Shown: one piece after another, positions 48,075-58,243 of the stretch
Layout: each line of letters opens with the position of its first letter
Numbering within the stretch: the first letter of the stretch is position 1
From: Spirochaetia bacterium
GTDB lineage: Bacteria; Spirochaetota; Spirochaetia; UBA9216
Length of the DNA stretch: 64,000 bases
Reading direction: 5' to 3'
Assembly: GCA_965140585.1 (NCBI GenBank)
Contig: OZ223269.1
Location: forward strand, 715,542 to 779,541
The notes under the pieces: model-generated
Told to the model about the DNA's origin: nothing
The model's input: only the letters and a program-made list of their open reading frames with translations
Database searches by the model: none
Translations under genes and position numbers: made by a program

Positions 48075-50519
48075 ATGCAGAATACCTATGGGTTACCTGA
48101 AAAAGGTATAAGTACCGAAGAAATCAAACAGGGATTTCTTGAACATCTTAAATACAGCCTTGCTGTGAAGCTTGAGAACAGCCACAGTACAGACAAGTAT
48201 ATTGCCCTTGCTTTTATGGTAAGGGATCGAATAATTGACCGGTGGTTTGCCTCCAAAAAAACACACGAAGAGCAGAAATTAAAATTCATTAACTATTTCT
48301 CTTTTGAATTCCTTATGGGCAGATCAATGTCAAATAACATGATCAACCTCGGGATAAAGAATGAAGTAGATGCAATGCTTGAGGAAGTAGGTGTTGAATG
48401 GGAGGATATAAGCGCTGCGATGGTTGACAGCGGCCTTGGGAACGGCGGCCTTGGAAGACTTGCCGCCTGCTTTCTTGATTCGCTGGCTACTCTGGAGTTT
48501 CCTGCCTACGGGTACGGGCTGCGGTATAAGTATGGTTTTTTCAAGCAGACCATAGTCAACGGCTACCAGGTTGAGGAGGCTGATGACTGGCTTCGTTTCA
48601 AGAATCCATGGGAGATAAGGCGGAATGATATTCCGGTTACCGTACAGTTCGGCGGCCGTGTAGCGAGAAACAAGAAAGGCCGCTGCTTCTGGGTTGATAC
48701 AAACGATATTATCGGTGTTCCGTATGATACGCCTATAGTCGGTTATGGAGGAAACACTGTTAATACCCTGCGACTCTGGGATTCCAAAAGTTCGGAACAG
48801 TTTGATTTTCAGGCGTTTAATCAGGGGGATTACTATAACACTGTTGATGAAGAGGTTCTTGCTGAAACATTAACACAGGTTCTGTATCCGAACGACGCAA
48901 TTTATTCAGGCAAGGAATTGAGGTTCAAGCAGCAGTTTTTCTTTGTCAGTGCTTCTTTGCAGGATATATTCAGAAGATTCAAACGCCTGAATGAGCCTAT
49001 AGAGAATCTCAGTAATTATATGGCTATTCAGCTCAATGATACCCATCCTGCAATTGCAGTCCCGGAACTTATGCGTATTCTTGTGGATATTGAAGAAATT
49101 GACTGGGATACAGCCTGGGATGTAACAAGAGCATGTCTGGGATATACGAACCACACATTGATGCCTGAAGCCCTTGAAACATGGCCTGTAAGCATGTTTG
49201 AACGCTTTCTGCCGCGTCATCTTGAGATAATCTACCAGATTAACCATTTCTTCCTACAGAAGGTCACAGGGATGTATCCGGGTGATATGGGAAAACTTTC
49301 CCGGCTTTCGCTTATAGAAGAGCATGGTGAAAAAAGGATAAGAATGGCACCTCTTGCAATTCTTGGTTCACATTCTGTAAACGGGGTTGCTGAAATCCAT
49401 TCAAAACTGATTAAAGAACGGCTTGTTCCCGATTTCTATGAAATATTCCCGGAGCGTTTTAATAACAAAACAAATGGGATAACTCAGCGAAGATGGCTTC
49501 GCAAGGCAAATAAACCGCTTTCCGAGCTGATCACCTCGAGTATCGGGGATGGATGGATTACAAATCTCTCGGAACTCAAGGGTCTTAAAAAGCACGTTGA
49601 TGACAGTTCCTTCCTTGAAAAACTAGATCAGGTTAAAAAGCAGGGCAAGATTGATCTTGCAGCGCACTGTAAGAAAGAATTCGGTTTCATAATGGATCCG
49701 GAATCCATTTTTGATATTCATGTTAAACGTATACATGAATATAAAAGACAGCTGCTTAATGTCCTGCATATTATAGTTTTATACAACAGGATAAGATCCG
49801 GGGAGAGAATATACCCCAGAACTTTTATATTCAGCGGTAAAGCTGCTCCGGGCTATGATATGGCCAAAATGATAATTAAGCTTATAAATAATGTAAGCCA
49901 TGTTATTAACGGCGATCGAAAAGTAAGTGAGATGCTGAAGGTCTTTTTCCTTCCCAATTACAGCGTTTCTCTTGCTGAGAAGATTTTTCCGGCTGCAGAG
50001 ATTTCTGAACAGATATCCACCGCCGGCACAGAGGCTTCAGGTACGAGCAATATGAAATTCATGCTTAACGGAGCTCTTACAATGGGAACGCTGGACGGAG
50101 CGAATATTGAGATTGTTGAGGAAGCCGGTGAAGAAAATATGTTCATCTTCGGAATGAAAACAGAAGAAGTCACTGAAAAAAGAAACGGTTATAAACCGGT
50201 AGACTATCTTCTCAATTACCCGGAGATAGCTGAAATCTTCAAACTTATGAACAGCGGCTTTTTCAATATCAGCGAACCGGGGATTTTTGATCAGCTTATA
50301 AAGAATCTTATGGATTATGATTACTATATGAATCTTGCTGATCTTCCGGCATACATCGATGCACAGAAACTTGTTGAAACCAGATACAGGGACAGGGAGT
50401 CCTGGCTGAAATCTTCACTGATTAACATTGCAAGCGCAGGGAAATTTTCTTCAGACAGGACTATAAATGAGTATGCTAAAGACATATGGGACCTGAAGCC
50501 CTGCCATGTTAAAAAATAA
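48075..50519 (+). CDS. glgP: Glycogen/maltodextrin phosphorylase
   Basis: Start taken at MQNTYG (RBS AAGGAG); the track ORF starts at a TTG at 48057. GLGNGGLGRLAACFLDS and the PLP-lysine region are present. Confidence 0.9.
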   Translation: MQNTYGLPEKGISTEEIKQGFLEHLKYSLAVKLENSHSTDKYIALAFMVRDRIIDRWFASKKTHEEQKLKFINYFSFEFLMGRSMSNNMINLGIKNEVDAMLEEVGVEWEDISAAMVDSGLGNGGLGRLAACFLDSLATLEFPAYGYGLRYKYGFFKQTIVNGYQVEEADDWLRFKNPWEIRRNDIPVTVQFGGRVARNKKGRCFWVDTNDIIGVPYDTPIVGYGGNTVNTLRLWDSKSSEQFDFQAFNQGDYYNTVDEEVLAETLTQVLYPNDAIYSGKELRFKQQFFFVSASLQDIFRRFKRLNEPIENLSNYMAIQLNDTHPAIAVPELMRILVDIEEIDWDTAWDVTRACLGYTNHTLMPEALETWPVSMFERFLPRHLEIIYQINHFFLQKVTGMYPGDMGKLSRLSLIEEHGEKRIRMAPLAILGSHSVNGVAEIHSKLIKERLVPDFYEIFPERFNNKTNGITQRRWLRKANKPLSELITSSIGDGWITNLSELKGLKKHVDDSSFLEKLDQVKKQGKIDLAAHCKKEFGFIMDPESIFDIHVKRIHEYKRQLLNVLHIIVLYNRIRSGERIYPRTFIFSGKAAPGYDMAKMIIKLINNVSHVINGDRKVSEMLKVFFLPNYSVSLAEKIFPAAEISEQISTAGTEASGTSNMKFMLNGALTMGTLDGANIEIVEEAGEENMFIFGMKTEEVTEKRNGYKPVDYLLNYPEIAEIFKLMNSGFFNISEPGIFDQLIKNLMDYDYYMNLADLPAYIDAQKLVETRYRDRESWLKSSLINIASAGKFSSDRTINEYAKDIWDLKPCHVKK

Positions 50520-52134
50520 CTGTGTTCTAACCAGTGTAAAAAACTGGAAGTTTGAAATATCCGATATAGACGGAATCCTGAACCCTGTTAAAGATTTTAA
50601 CAGGGTAACAGGTTCTTCAGAACTGATACTGCGCCTTGTATTTGAACAGCCTCCTGATTCGGATGAGTTTTATATACACACAGATCTCCCTGAAACTCAA
50701 TGGGGCAGGATTAAATTTAAAAACAATGAAGATTCCTGTATCTTCACGCTTTCCATAGATCTCCCGAAAGGCGGCTTTTTCAGTTTCCGCTTTTTTATGG
50801 TACAGGGTCATGATGCCTTCTGGGAGCCCGGCGGCTATCACCGTCTGCTTGTTGATCCTGAGTTTATGCATAACCTGCGAATGTATACGCTTATTCCTAC
50901 TGTATCAGGTACTATAGCGGACTGGATTGAGAAACTGGATGAAATCTCTGATCTTGGTTTTAATGCGGTTCATATACTTCCGTTCACAGCCATGGGGCCT
51001 TCTCAAAGTCCTTACGCTGCAGCGGATCTTTTTAAACTCGATTCGAGGTACAGTGGTGATGAAACTGATTTTGAACTGTTTGCTCAAAAGGCTGCGGATA
51101 AAGGCATCAGGATATGCTTTGACATAGTATTAAACCATTTGAGTGATAAAAATGAACTAACAAGAACCAATGGACACTGGTTTATTTCCGACAAGGATCG
51201 TAATGACGGACTGAAAAGAGCCGGCTGCTGGCATATGAACAGCTGGATTTCCTGGGAAGACCTGGTGCTGATAAACTATGACCATCCTGCAGAAAAAATC
51301 AGACATGATATCTATGAATATATGCTTTCATATGTGCTTTTCTGGGTTAAGAAGGTTGAGAAATGCGGTGCAATAATCCGGCTTGATAATCTGCATTCAT
51401 CCAATATGGACTTTATAAAGTGGTTTATTCACCGCTTACGGAAGTTCGCACCTGGAATTATTATTCTTTCTGAATTTTTTGGTTCAGAAGAAGATCTTAT
51501 TAAAGGTGTCTCATCACTTGGTCTAAATCTTCTGACGGCAAATACCTGGGAACAGCCCTTTGCTCCGAGACTTCAGCAATATCTTCAGTTTATCCATGAC
51601 AGCAAGGATACTCTCCGATACATGATTCAGCCTACTTCACATGACACCGGCGCTGCTGCACAGCTTTTCGGAACAGCAATATCTTCAATACCAAGGTATT
51701 TCTGCTGTGCTCTTATGGGTACCGGGCAGTCCGGAGCCGTTCAGGGCTTTGAGGCGGGATATCCAAGAAAGGTAGAGTTTATCGGTTATCAGGGAAAGGT
51801 CGATTTAGGCGGTAACCTTGATTTAACAGATTTTATAAGATCTGTTAACAGCATTCTTTCAGCTGAGGCGCTGCTGAGAAAGGGCGGAAATATCAAGTTT
51901 ATTGAAACCGGTAACGACAGCCTGATAGTCTGTGCGCGTACAGACAGTAAGAGCGGCAGAAAACTGCTTCTTGCCGCAAATTTTAACACTAATGCAGGCG
52001 AAAGTTTTTCAGCAGGACATATACCTGATTTTAAGTTAATATATGCTCTGGATGCACATACCGAATATGTAAATGAGCATCTTATTGTTAATTTTGAAAA
52101 ATGCGGGGTCGCTGCATTACTTATAAAAGAATGA
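50506..52134 (+). CDS. GH13-family protein, GlgE-like (alpha-amylase superfamily; possible maltosyltransferase/glucanotransferase)
   Basis: 542 aa. GH13 region I FDIVLNH. Region II IIRLDNLH. N-terminal ~130-aa extra domain. Start overlaps the glgP stop by 14 nt. Confidence 0.5.
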   Translation: MLKNNCVLTSVKNWKFEISDIDGILNPVKDFNRVTGSSELILRLVFEQPPDSDEFYIHTDLPETQWGRIKFKNNEDSCIFTLSIDLPKGGFFSFRFFMVQGHDAFWEPGGYHRLLVDPEFMHNLRMYTLIPTVSGTIADWIEKLDEISDLGFNAVHILPFTAMGPSQSPYAAADLFKLDSRYSGDETDFELFAQKAADKGIRICFDIVLNHLSDKNELTRTNGHWFISDKDRNDGLKRAGCWHMNSWISWEDLVLINYDHPAEKIRHDIYEYMLSYVLFWVKKVEKCGAIIRLDNLHSSNMDFIKWFIHRLRKFAPGIIILSEFFGSEEDLIKGVSSLGLNLLTANTWEQPFAPRLQQYLQFIHDSKDTLRYMIQPTSHDTGAAAQLFGTAISSIPRYFCCALMGTGQSGAVQGFEAGYPRKVEFIGYQGKVDLGGNLDLTDFIRSVNSILSAEALLRKGGNIKFIETGNDSLIVCARTDSKSGRKLLLAANFNTNAGESFSAGHIPDFKLIYALDAHTEYVNEHLIVNFEKCGVAALLIKE

Positions 52135-52148
52135 TACCGGAGCTGTAA

Positions 52149-53621
52149 GTGAAAGAAGTAAAGAAAATACTCATGGTTTCAAGTGAAGCTGTACCATTTG
52201 CAAAAACAGGCGGTCTTGCAGAGGTAGTTACAGAGCTCTCACTTCAGTTAAAAAGACTGGGGTATGATGTAAGAATAATAATGCCGAGATATTATCATAT
52301 TGATCGTTCAGAACTTAAAAAGCATGATGAAGCCCTGGGAATATGGCTTGGACATGGTGAAGAATGGACAGCCGTATATGAAACAGTTCTGCCTGATTCT
52401 GAAGTTCCGGTTTATTTTCTAGATCATGAGCGTTTTTATGGACGGGACGGTATATATGGCCATAGACCGGACGAAGGCTTTAAGGACAATGCAGCCCGTT
52501 TTGCTTTGCTGTCCAGGGGGGCTTTTCAGCTTTGCCGAATGCTGCACTGGATTCCTGATGTCCTGCATTGTCATGACTGGCCGTCAGCGCCGGCATGTTA
52601 TCTGCTGAAAAAAGAAGAACAGGCAACAGAGTTTTCTGACACATCAAGTGTTCTGACCATTCACAATCTCGGCTATCAGGGTATTTTTGATCTGAATGAT
52701 GTTGTTTACCTTCAAAAAGAGACTGATCGACTGAATCTTTCGGCGCTTGAGTTCTCGGGCGCACTGAACTTTCTGAAATCAGGAATAATAACCGCTGATA
52801 AAATTACAACAGTGTCTCCGAATTACGCCGAAGAAATTAAACGTCCTGAACACGGTTTTAATATGGACGGACTGCTCAATTACAGGCACGAGGACCTTCA
52901 CGGAATTCTTAACGGTATTGATTACGACGTCTGGTCACCTGAAAAGGACAAGTACATCGAGCCTGATAATTTCAGTGCTGATTCACTTAAGAATAAAGCT
53001 TCTGTCAAAAAACTCCTGCAGAAGGAAATTGGCCTGAAGGTTGATCCGAAGGTGCCGCTGGTTGGAATGATAAGCCGACTGGTAGAGCAGAAGGGCTTTA
53101 AGGAACTATGCGCTCCGAATTATGGATCTCTGTATTCGATTTGCAGCAGTATGAACGTACAGTTTGTGCTTCTCGGCAGCGGAGATCGCTGGTGTGAAGA
53201 TGAACTCAACAGTCTGGCTCAGGGGCTTCCTAATTTATCTGTTTATATCGGGTTTAATAACCGTCTGGCACATCTGATCGAGGCCGGTTCTGATTTTTTC
53301 CTTATGCCCAGCATTTATGAACCCTGCGGCCTGAACCAGATTTACTCGCTTTCCTACGGAACGCTGCCGATAGTTCGCTCTACAGGCGGTTTAGCCGATA
53401 CTGTTGAAAATTATAATCAGGAAACCGGCAGCGGTACAGGCTTCGTCTTTGATGATATAAACCCGGAGGTTCTGTATAATGTAATTCACTGGGTGGTCGA
53501 TACATGGGAGAACAGACGGCCTCATATTACAAAAATGCGGAAAGCTGCTATGAAAAAAAGATTCGACTGGGTGAAATCCGCCGAAGCTTATATCGAAATA
53601 TATGAGAGTATGAAGGATTAA
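52149..53621 (+). CDS. glgA: Glycogen synthase (ADP-glucose type)
   Basis: VSSEAVPFAKTGGLAEVV (KTGGL motif). GTG start at 52149 (the ATG alternative is at 52173). Confidence 0.9.
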   Translation: MKEVKKILMVSSEAVPFAKTGGLAEVVTELSLQLKRLGYDVRIIMPRYYHIDRSELKKHDEALGIWLGHGEEWTAVYETVLPDSEVPVYFLDHERFYGRDGIYGHRPDEGFKDNAARFALLSRGAFQLCRMLHWIPDVLHCHDWPSAPACYLLKKEEQATEFSDTSSVLTIHNLGYQGIFDLNDVVYLQKETDRLNLSALEFSGALNFLKSGIITADKITTVSPNYAEEIKRPEHGFNMDGLLNYRHEDLHGILNGIDYDVWSPEKDKYIEPDNFSADSLKNKASVKKLLQKEIGLKVDPKVPLVGMISRLVEQKGFKELCAPNYGSLYSICSSMNVQFVLLGSGDRWCEDELNSLAQGLPNLSVYIGFNNRLAHLIEAGSDFFLMPSIYEPCGLNQIYSLSYGTLPIVRSTGGLADTVENYNQETGSGTGFVFDDINPEVLYNVIHWVVDTWENRRPHITKMRKAAMKKRFDWVKSAEAYIEIYESMKD

Positions 53622-53624
53622 ATT

Positions 53625-54590
53625 TCAGTCTTCCTGATCATCAATCTGCAGTATTTCTTCATCATCAAGGTAAAGTCCATGCTGCTTTGGAATGGCTCCG
53701 GAACTTATTTTCTGAATCAGCCGTAGAAGTTCCCTGCTGAAAGGGCTGTCAGGCGATTCAAGTACTGCAGGTTTTCGTGAAAATATTGACCGTCCGACAC
53801 TTTGATCATCAGGCAGGCTGCCGATATCTTCAACTTCAATTCCAATATTTTTAACAGTTATTTCTCTCAACTTTGAACCAAGAGCACTGTTGCCTGCATC
53901 AGAAACCCGGTTAAGTACTATCCAGGGGAAAAAGTCATGCAGTTTACTTTCTGCAACTTCACCGGAATGCCTGGAATATCCGTATAATTCATTTATTAAA
54001 TCGGCACTGAAAGATCTACCCGATCCTTCAAGCTTCTGTGAAACAAAGTCCTGTATAATTTTTCTTTCATCACTTTTCGCCTTGAAACTTCTGAAAAGCA
54101 GTCTGAAAACAGCGGTTTTTATAAAGGAGTAGGCATTCAGGATTGATGTAGTTTCAGGCGTGGTAATAATAATTCCGGGACTTGAAATAAGAAAAAAATC
54201 TATAGTGTTGTAGGCAGTGCCGGCACCAAGATCGAGCAGTACATAATCTGCTTCAATTTCAAGAATCTGTTTTATTATCCTTTGTTTAATAAAAAAGGGC
54301 AGATTTCCAGTCCCGGGATACAGCATGTCGCCTGGAATCATAAAAAGATTATCGTTGATTGCCGGTACCATAATATCTTCAATATTCGATTCCTGTTTAT
54401 TGATGAAGGCTCCCATACCGTTATGACGGTTTCGTACGCCAAGACAGGTGTGAAGATTACTTCCACCTAAATCGAGATCAATTAACACAGTTTTAAATCC
54501 TAAGTTGGACAGGTGTACTCCGGCCGATCCGGTGATTACTGTTTTTCCGACGCCGCCTTTTCCGCTTGCTATTGGTAAAATTACTGCCAT
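53625..54590 (-). CDS. MinD/ParA-family P-loop ATPase (FlhG/FleN-like)
   Basis: Deviant Walker A SGKGGVGKT. Start taken at MAVILPIASGKGG; the track ORF extends to 54662. Confidence 0.65.
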   Translation of the reverse strand: MAVILPIASGKGGVGKTVITGSAGVHLSNLGFKTVLIDLDLGGSNLHTCLGVRNRHNGMGAFINKQESNIEDIMVPAINDNLFMIPGDMLYPGTGNLPFFIKQRIIKQILEIEADYVLLDLGAGTAYNTIDFFLISSPGIIITTPETTSILNAYSFIKTAVFRLLFRSFKAKSDERKIIQDFVSQKLEGSGRSFSADLINELYGYSRHSGEVAESKLHDFFPWIVLNRVSDAGNSALGSKLREITVKNIGIEVEDIGSLPDDQSVGRSIFSRKPAVLESPDSPFSRELLRLIQKISSGAIPKQHGLYLDDEEILQIDDQED

Positions 54591-54668
54591 ACTTTCAGAA
54601 TAGCGGAGGCCCGTGTATATTGCAAACAAAAAATTGTATTTAAAATTAAAATAAGATATCATTAGCTG

Positions 54669-55328
54669 ATGAAAGTAACTGCATTCAGCGGAAGCCCGCG
54701 TAAAAATTCAAACAGCAGAAGAATATTGGATTCTTTTTTAAAAGGAGCAGAGACTGCAGGCGCAGAGATTAGTCTGTATGAAACTGATAAACTTGATATA
54801 AAGCCCTGTACGGGCTGCCTTGTGTGTAATGTAAAGAAGAAATGCATTATTAAAAATGACGAATGGCAAGCCCTAAGCAGTGAGATACTGGCTTCGGACA
54901 TCCTTGTTTTTGCAACACCGGTTTATTTTCATCATATGACAGCTTCACTGAAAAAAATACTTGATCGGTTCAGATCATTTATCACGGTTCAAATTACAAG
55001 GGAAGGTATTCTTCATACTCCCAACATAGCCTGGTCGAAGAAGTTTCACCTTATAACTGCTATGGGCAGCAGCTCGGATGAAGATGCGGAGCCTCTTGTA
55101 GATCTTTTTAAATTCATAACTTCAGATTTTGGTGAAGGAAACAGTTTTACCTGTCAAAACTCAACCAGACTTGCTGTTTCAGGTCAGCTTGATATGAATG
55201 CTTCAAGACTGAAGGCTCTGTATCGAATGATGAAGATTCCCGAAGATCTTGCCCAGCCAGATTATGAACGCAATCTTCAAATTCTGAAAGAGGCTGAAGA
55301 AACCGGTTATAAACTTGCCATGGAGTAG
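54669..55328 (+). CDS. NADPH-dependent FMN reductase-fold protein with compact Cys motif (iron-sulfur flavoprotein, Isf-like)
   Basis: 219 aa. Flavodoxin-like FSGSPRKNSNS and CTGCLVCNVKKKC cysteine cluster. Confidence 0.6.
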   Translation: MKVTAFSGSPRKNSNSRRILDSFLKGAETAGAEISLYETDKLDIKPCTGCLVCNVKKKCIIKNDEWQALSSEILASDILVFATPVYFHHMTASLKKILDRFRSFITVQITREGILHTPNIAWSKKFHLITAMGSSSDEDAEPLVDLFKFITSDFGEGNSFTCQNSTRLAVSGQLDMNASRLKALYRMMKIPEDLAQPDYERNLQILKEAEETGYKLAME

Positions 55329-55331
55329 TTT

Positions 55332-57551
55332 ATGTTTGATATAGAAAAATCACTCGAACAGCAGATCCTGTCATTTAATCGCTCAAGACCGGTGGTGATC
55401 TTCACTGAATCTGTTGATATCAGGGTGCTCGAAGCCGTATCGTACCTATGCCGTTATATAAAACCTGTTCTGCTGGTATCTGAAGACCGAATTCGCTCTC
55501 TATATGAGAACGAGGCGGCTGATATTGACAGGAGCCGTGTAGAATTCACAATTTCAGAATCACGATTTATAAATATTGCAGCTGAACATGGTATTCTGGA
55601 TGAATTCTGTGTTTTTTACAGCAGCCAGCTTGAATCTGAAGGAATCAAACCAAAGCTTGAGGAGGTAAAAGCTTCAGTTTCGGATCCGTGCCTGTTCGGA
55701 ATTCTATGTGTTAAATTCGGATATGCGGATATGGTCGTGGGCGGAATAACGCATGAACCAATATCTTTTTTCAGACCGATGCTGAAGTATCTGAAAAAAA
55801 GGAAAGTTCAGTGTGAAACAGGTATTTTTGTTTTATCAGATGAGCATTCTGAAAAGGTTTTTCCAAAGAATATAATTGTATTTGGGGATGTCGGTGTTAA
55901 TGCGACCATGGATGAAGAAACCCTTGCAAATATAGCCGTTGATATCTGCACTATTACAAGAAATATTATCCCTGAAGAGGTTCTGTCCAATATAAACGGA
56001 GCAATTGTTTCATATTCCAATCACGGCTCGGATGAAGGCCCTTCACCGAAACTTGTTAATAAGGCTTCCTCCCTTGTTCCCGGACTGCTCAAAAAGTACA
56101 TCAGTATGGATCGGCGTTACCTGACAATAAACATTGAAGGTGAGGTCAAGGTCAATGTTGCCCTGTCTGAAAGGTCTGCAATGTATTACAGCAAGCCTGG
56201 AGAAAAAGACTGGAAGGGAGGAACAAATGTAATAATATGTCCAAACCTTGATATGGGAAATATGCTGTACCATCTTTATGCTACACGTTTCCCCGATGCC
56301 AAAAAATTTACCATAATTTCAGGCATAGGGTTTTCTGCTGTTGATCTTGCAAAGGACTGCAGCGCTGATGACATCCGTCTTGCTATTAAAGCAACAATGC
56401 TTAATCTTTTTCAGAAAGAAAATTGGGATAAGACTCCGCATGATCATTTTTTTCCGATGTATCGAATTCTGTCTATTAATCCCGGGTCAACTTCAACAAA
56501 GGTTAGTCTTTATGAGGGAGAATACCGGATTCTCTCAGAAGAACTGCAGCATAAGCCTGAAGAATTGAAAGAGTTTGAGAATAAACCTGTAACAGCGCAG
56601 TTTGAATACCGCAAGAGGATGGTTGAAAAATTTCTTACGGACAATGGCTACTACATTAAGGATCTTGATGCTGTGTCGGCCAGGGGCGGCCTGCTCAAGC
56701 CAATTCCACATGGAACCTATGCCGTAAATGAACTTATGCTTAAGCATTTAAAAGCTGGTATAAGCGGGGAGCATGCATCAAATCTTGGGGGAATAATCGC
56801 TGATTCTCTTACAAAAGGCAGCGCTGTCCCCTCATTTATTACTGACCCCGTGGTTGTTGATGAGGCTGATGACAGGGTTAAGATAACCGGAATAAAAAGC
56901 ATTAAAAGAGAAATTATCAGTCATGCCTTGAATCAGATAGCCTCGGCCAGAAAGTATGCGTATGAGAACGAGACTTTCTATGAAAACATAAATGTCATTG
57001 TCTGCCATATGGGCGGCGGTATTTCCATCGGAGCGCATCACAGGGGGCGATATGTCGATGTAAACAATGCTCTGAACGGTGAAGGCCCCTTTTCACCTCA
57101 GAGATCCGGGACTCTACCGGCCGGCGCTTTGATAGATCTCTGTTTTTCCGGCACATTAAGCGAAAAAGAGATAAGACGTCTGAATGTCGGAGGCGGAGGT
57201 TTATATGACCTGCTCGGAACTACAGATCTGAGAGAAATCATTGAACAGGCAAAGACCGATACCTATGCTGAAACAGTACTTGAAGCCCTCGTATATCAGA
57301 CTGCAAAGACGATAACCTCCTTACTTCCGGCTTTTAACGGGGAGGCGGTAGAGCAGGTAATTCTTACCGGAGGAATGGTTAGGAGTGATTTGCTGGTTTC
57401 CAGGATAGAGGGTCTCATCATTCAGCTTAACTGCGGAATAACAGTTTACCCCGGTGAAAACGAAATGGACGCTCTTGCAGCCGGTGCGGTAAGAGTACTC
57501 CAGGGGAAGGAGCAGATAAAACAATACAGTGCTGAACTTTTTACTAATTAA
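55332..57551 (+). CDS. Fused phosphate butyryl/acetyl-transferase (PTA_PTB) and butyrate-kinase-family protein
   Basis: 739 aa. N-terminal ~370 aa PTA_PTB-like (GDVGVNAT..., ICPNLDMGNMLYH). C-terminal ~370 aa begins MYRILSINPGSTSTKVSLYEGEY (butyrate kinase signature) and has CHMGGGISIGAHHRGR. Confidence 0.75.
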   Translation: MFDIEKSLEQQILSFNRSRPVVIFTESVDIRVLEAVSYLCRYIKPVLLVSEDRIRSLYENEAADIDRSRVEFTISESRFINIAAEHGILDEFCVFYSSQLESEGIKPKLEEVKASVSDPCLFGILCVKFGYADMVVGGITHEPISFFRPMLKYLKKRKVQCETGIFVLSDEHSEKVFPKNIIVFGDVGVNATMDEETLANIAVDICTITRNIIPEEVLSNINGAIVSYSNHGSDEGPSPKLVNKASSLVPGLLKKYISMDRRYLTINIEGEVKVNVALSERSAMYYSKPGEKDWKGGTNVIICPNLDMGNMLYHLYATRFPDAKKFTIISGIGFSAVDLAKDCSADDIRLAIKATMLNLFQKENWDKTPHDHFFPMYRILSINPGSTSTKVSLYEGEYRILSEELQHKPEELKEFENKPVTAQFEYRKRMVEKFLTDNGYYIKDLDAVSARGGLLKPIPHGTYAVNELMLKHLKAGISGEHASNLGGIIADSLTKGSAVPSFITDPVVVDEADDRVKITGIKSIKREIISHALNQIASARKYAYENETFYENINVIVCHMGGGISIGAHHRGRYVDVNNALNGEGPFSPQRSGTLPAGALIDLCFSGTLSEKEIRRLNVGGGGLYDLLGTTDLREIIEQAKTDTYAETVLEALVYQTAKTITSLLPAFNGEAVEQVILTGGMVRSDLLVSRIEGLIIQLNCGITVYPGENEMDALAAGAVRVLQGKEQIKQYSAELFTN

Positions 57552-57598
57552 AGATCTGATATAGAAAAATATCAGCAATTTAAATATACTCCTTTGCA

Positions 57599-58243
57599 AT
57601 GAAAGAATACAAGTACTACTTTTTTGATGTCGACGGCACCCTTCTCGATACTATAGAGCTTATTTACCAGACTTTTCACTATACATGTCTAAAATACGGT
57701 AATTATGAAATTGACCGTAAAGATGTTACAAAGCATGTAGGTATCCCCATTATGCAGCAGATGAAAATGTATTTTAAAGATTATTCTGATGAACAGCTGA
57801 ATGGAATTCTCGATTCTCACAGGGAATATCAGAAACAGATTTACAGGGAATATCTTAAGCTGTTTCCGGATACCATAGATATTCTGAAAAAACTGAAAGA
57901 TAAAAAGAAAAAAACTGCTCTGGTTACTTCAAGATCTCTTGATTCTCTGAACAGATATCTGCAGCACTTCAAGCTGGAAGATACCTTTGATCTGGTAGTT
58001 ACACCGGAATCGACCGAAAAGCACAAACCGCATCCTGAACCGGTATTGTTTGCACTTGATTATTTTAATGCCGGAAAGGAAGATGCTGTCTTTATTGGTG
58101 ACGCAGAGTTTGATATTAAAAGCGGCTTCACTGCCGGAGTAGATACTGCATTTGCATCATGGGGTCCGAACAATCCCGATGAACTTAAAACCCGTCCTGT
58201 GTATATACTTAATAATCTCAAGGAGCTTATTGCTGATATTTAA
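57599..58243 (+). CDS. HAD-IA family hydrolase (phosphatase)
   Basis: 214 aa. FFDVDGTLLDT motif I. Later VTSRS and GDAEFD motifs. Confidence 0.75.
   Translation: MKEYKYYFFDVDGTLLDTIELIYQTFHYTCLKYGNYEIDRKDVTKHVGIPIMQQMKMYFKDYSDEQLNGILDSHREYQKQIYREYLKLFPDTIDILKKLKDKKKKTALVTSRSLDSLNRYLQHFKLEDTFDLVVTPESTEKHKPHPEPVLFALDYFNAGKEDAVFIGDAEFDIKSGFTAGVDTAFASWGPNNPDELKTRPVYILNNLKELIADI

Noticed and set aside
57552-57598. Hairpin CTGATAT-AGAAAAA-ATATCAG after ptb-buk as a terminator
   Set aside because: Short AT-rich stem with no U-tract and only 47 nt before the next co-directional gene. More likely to be read through.
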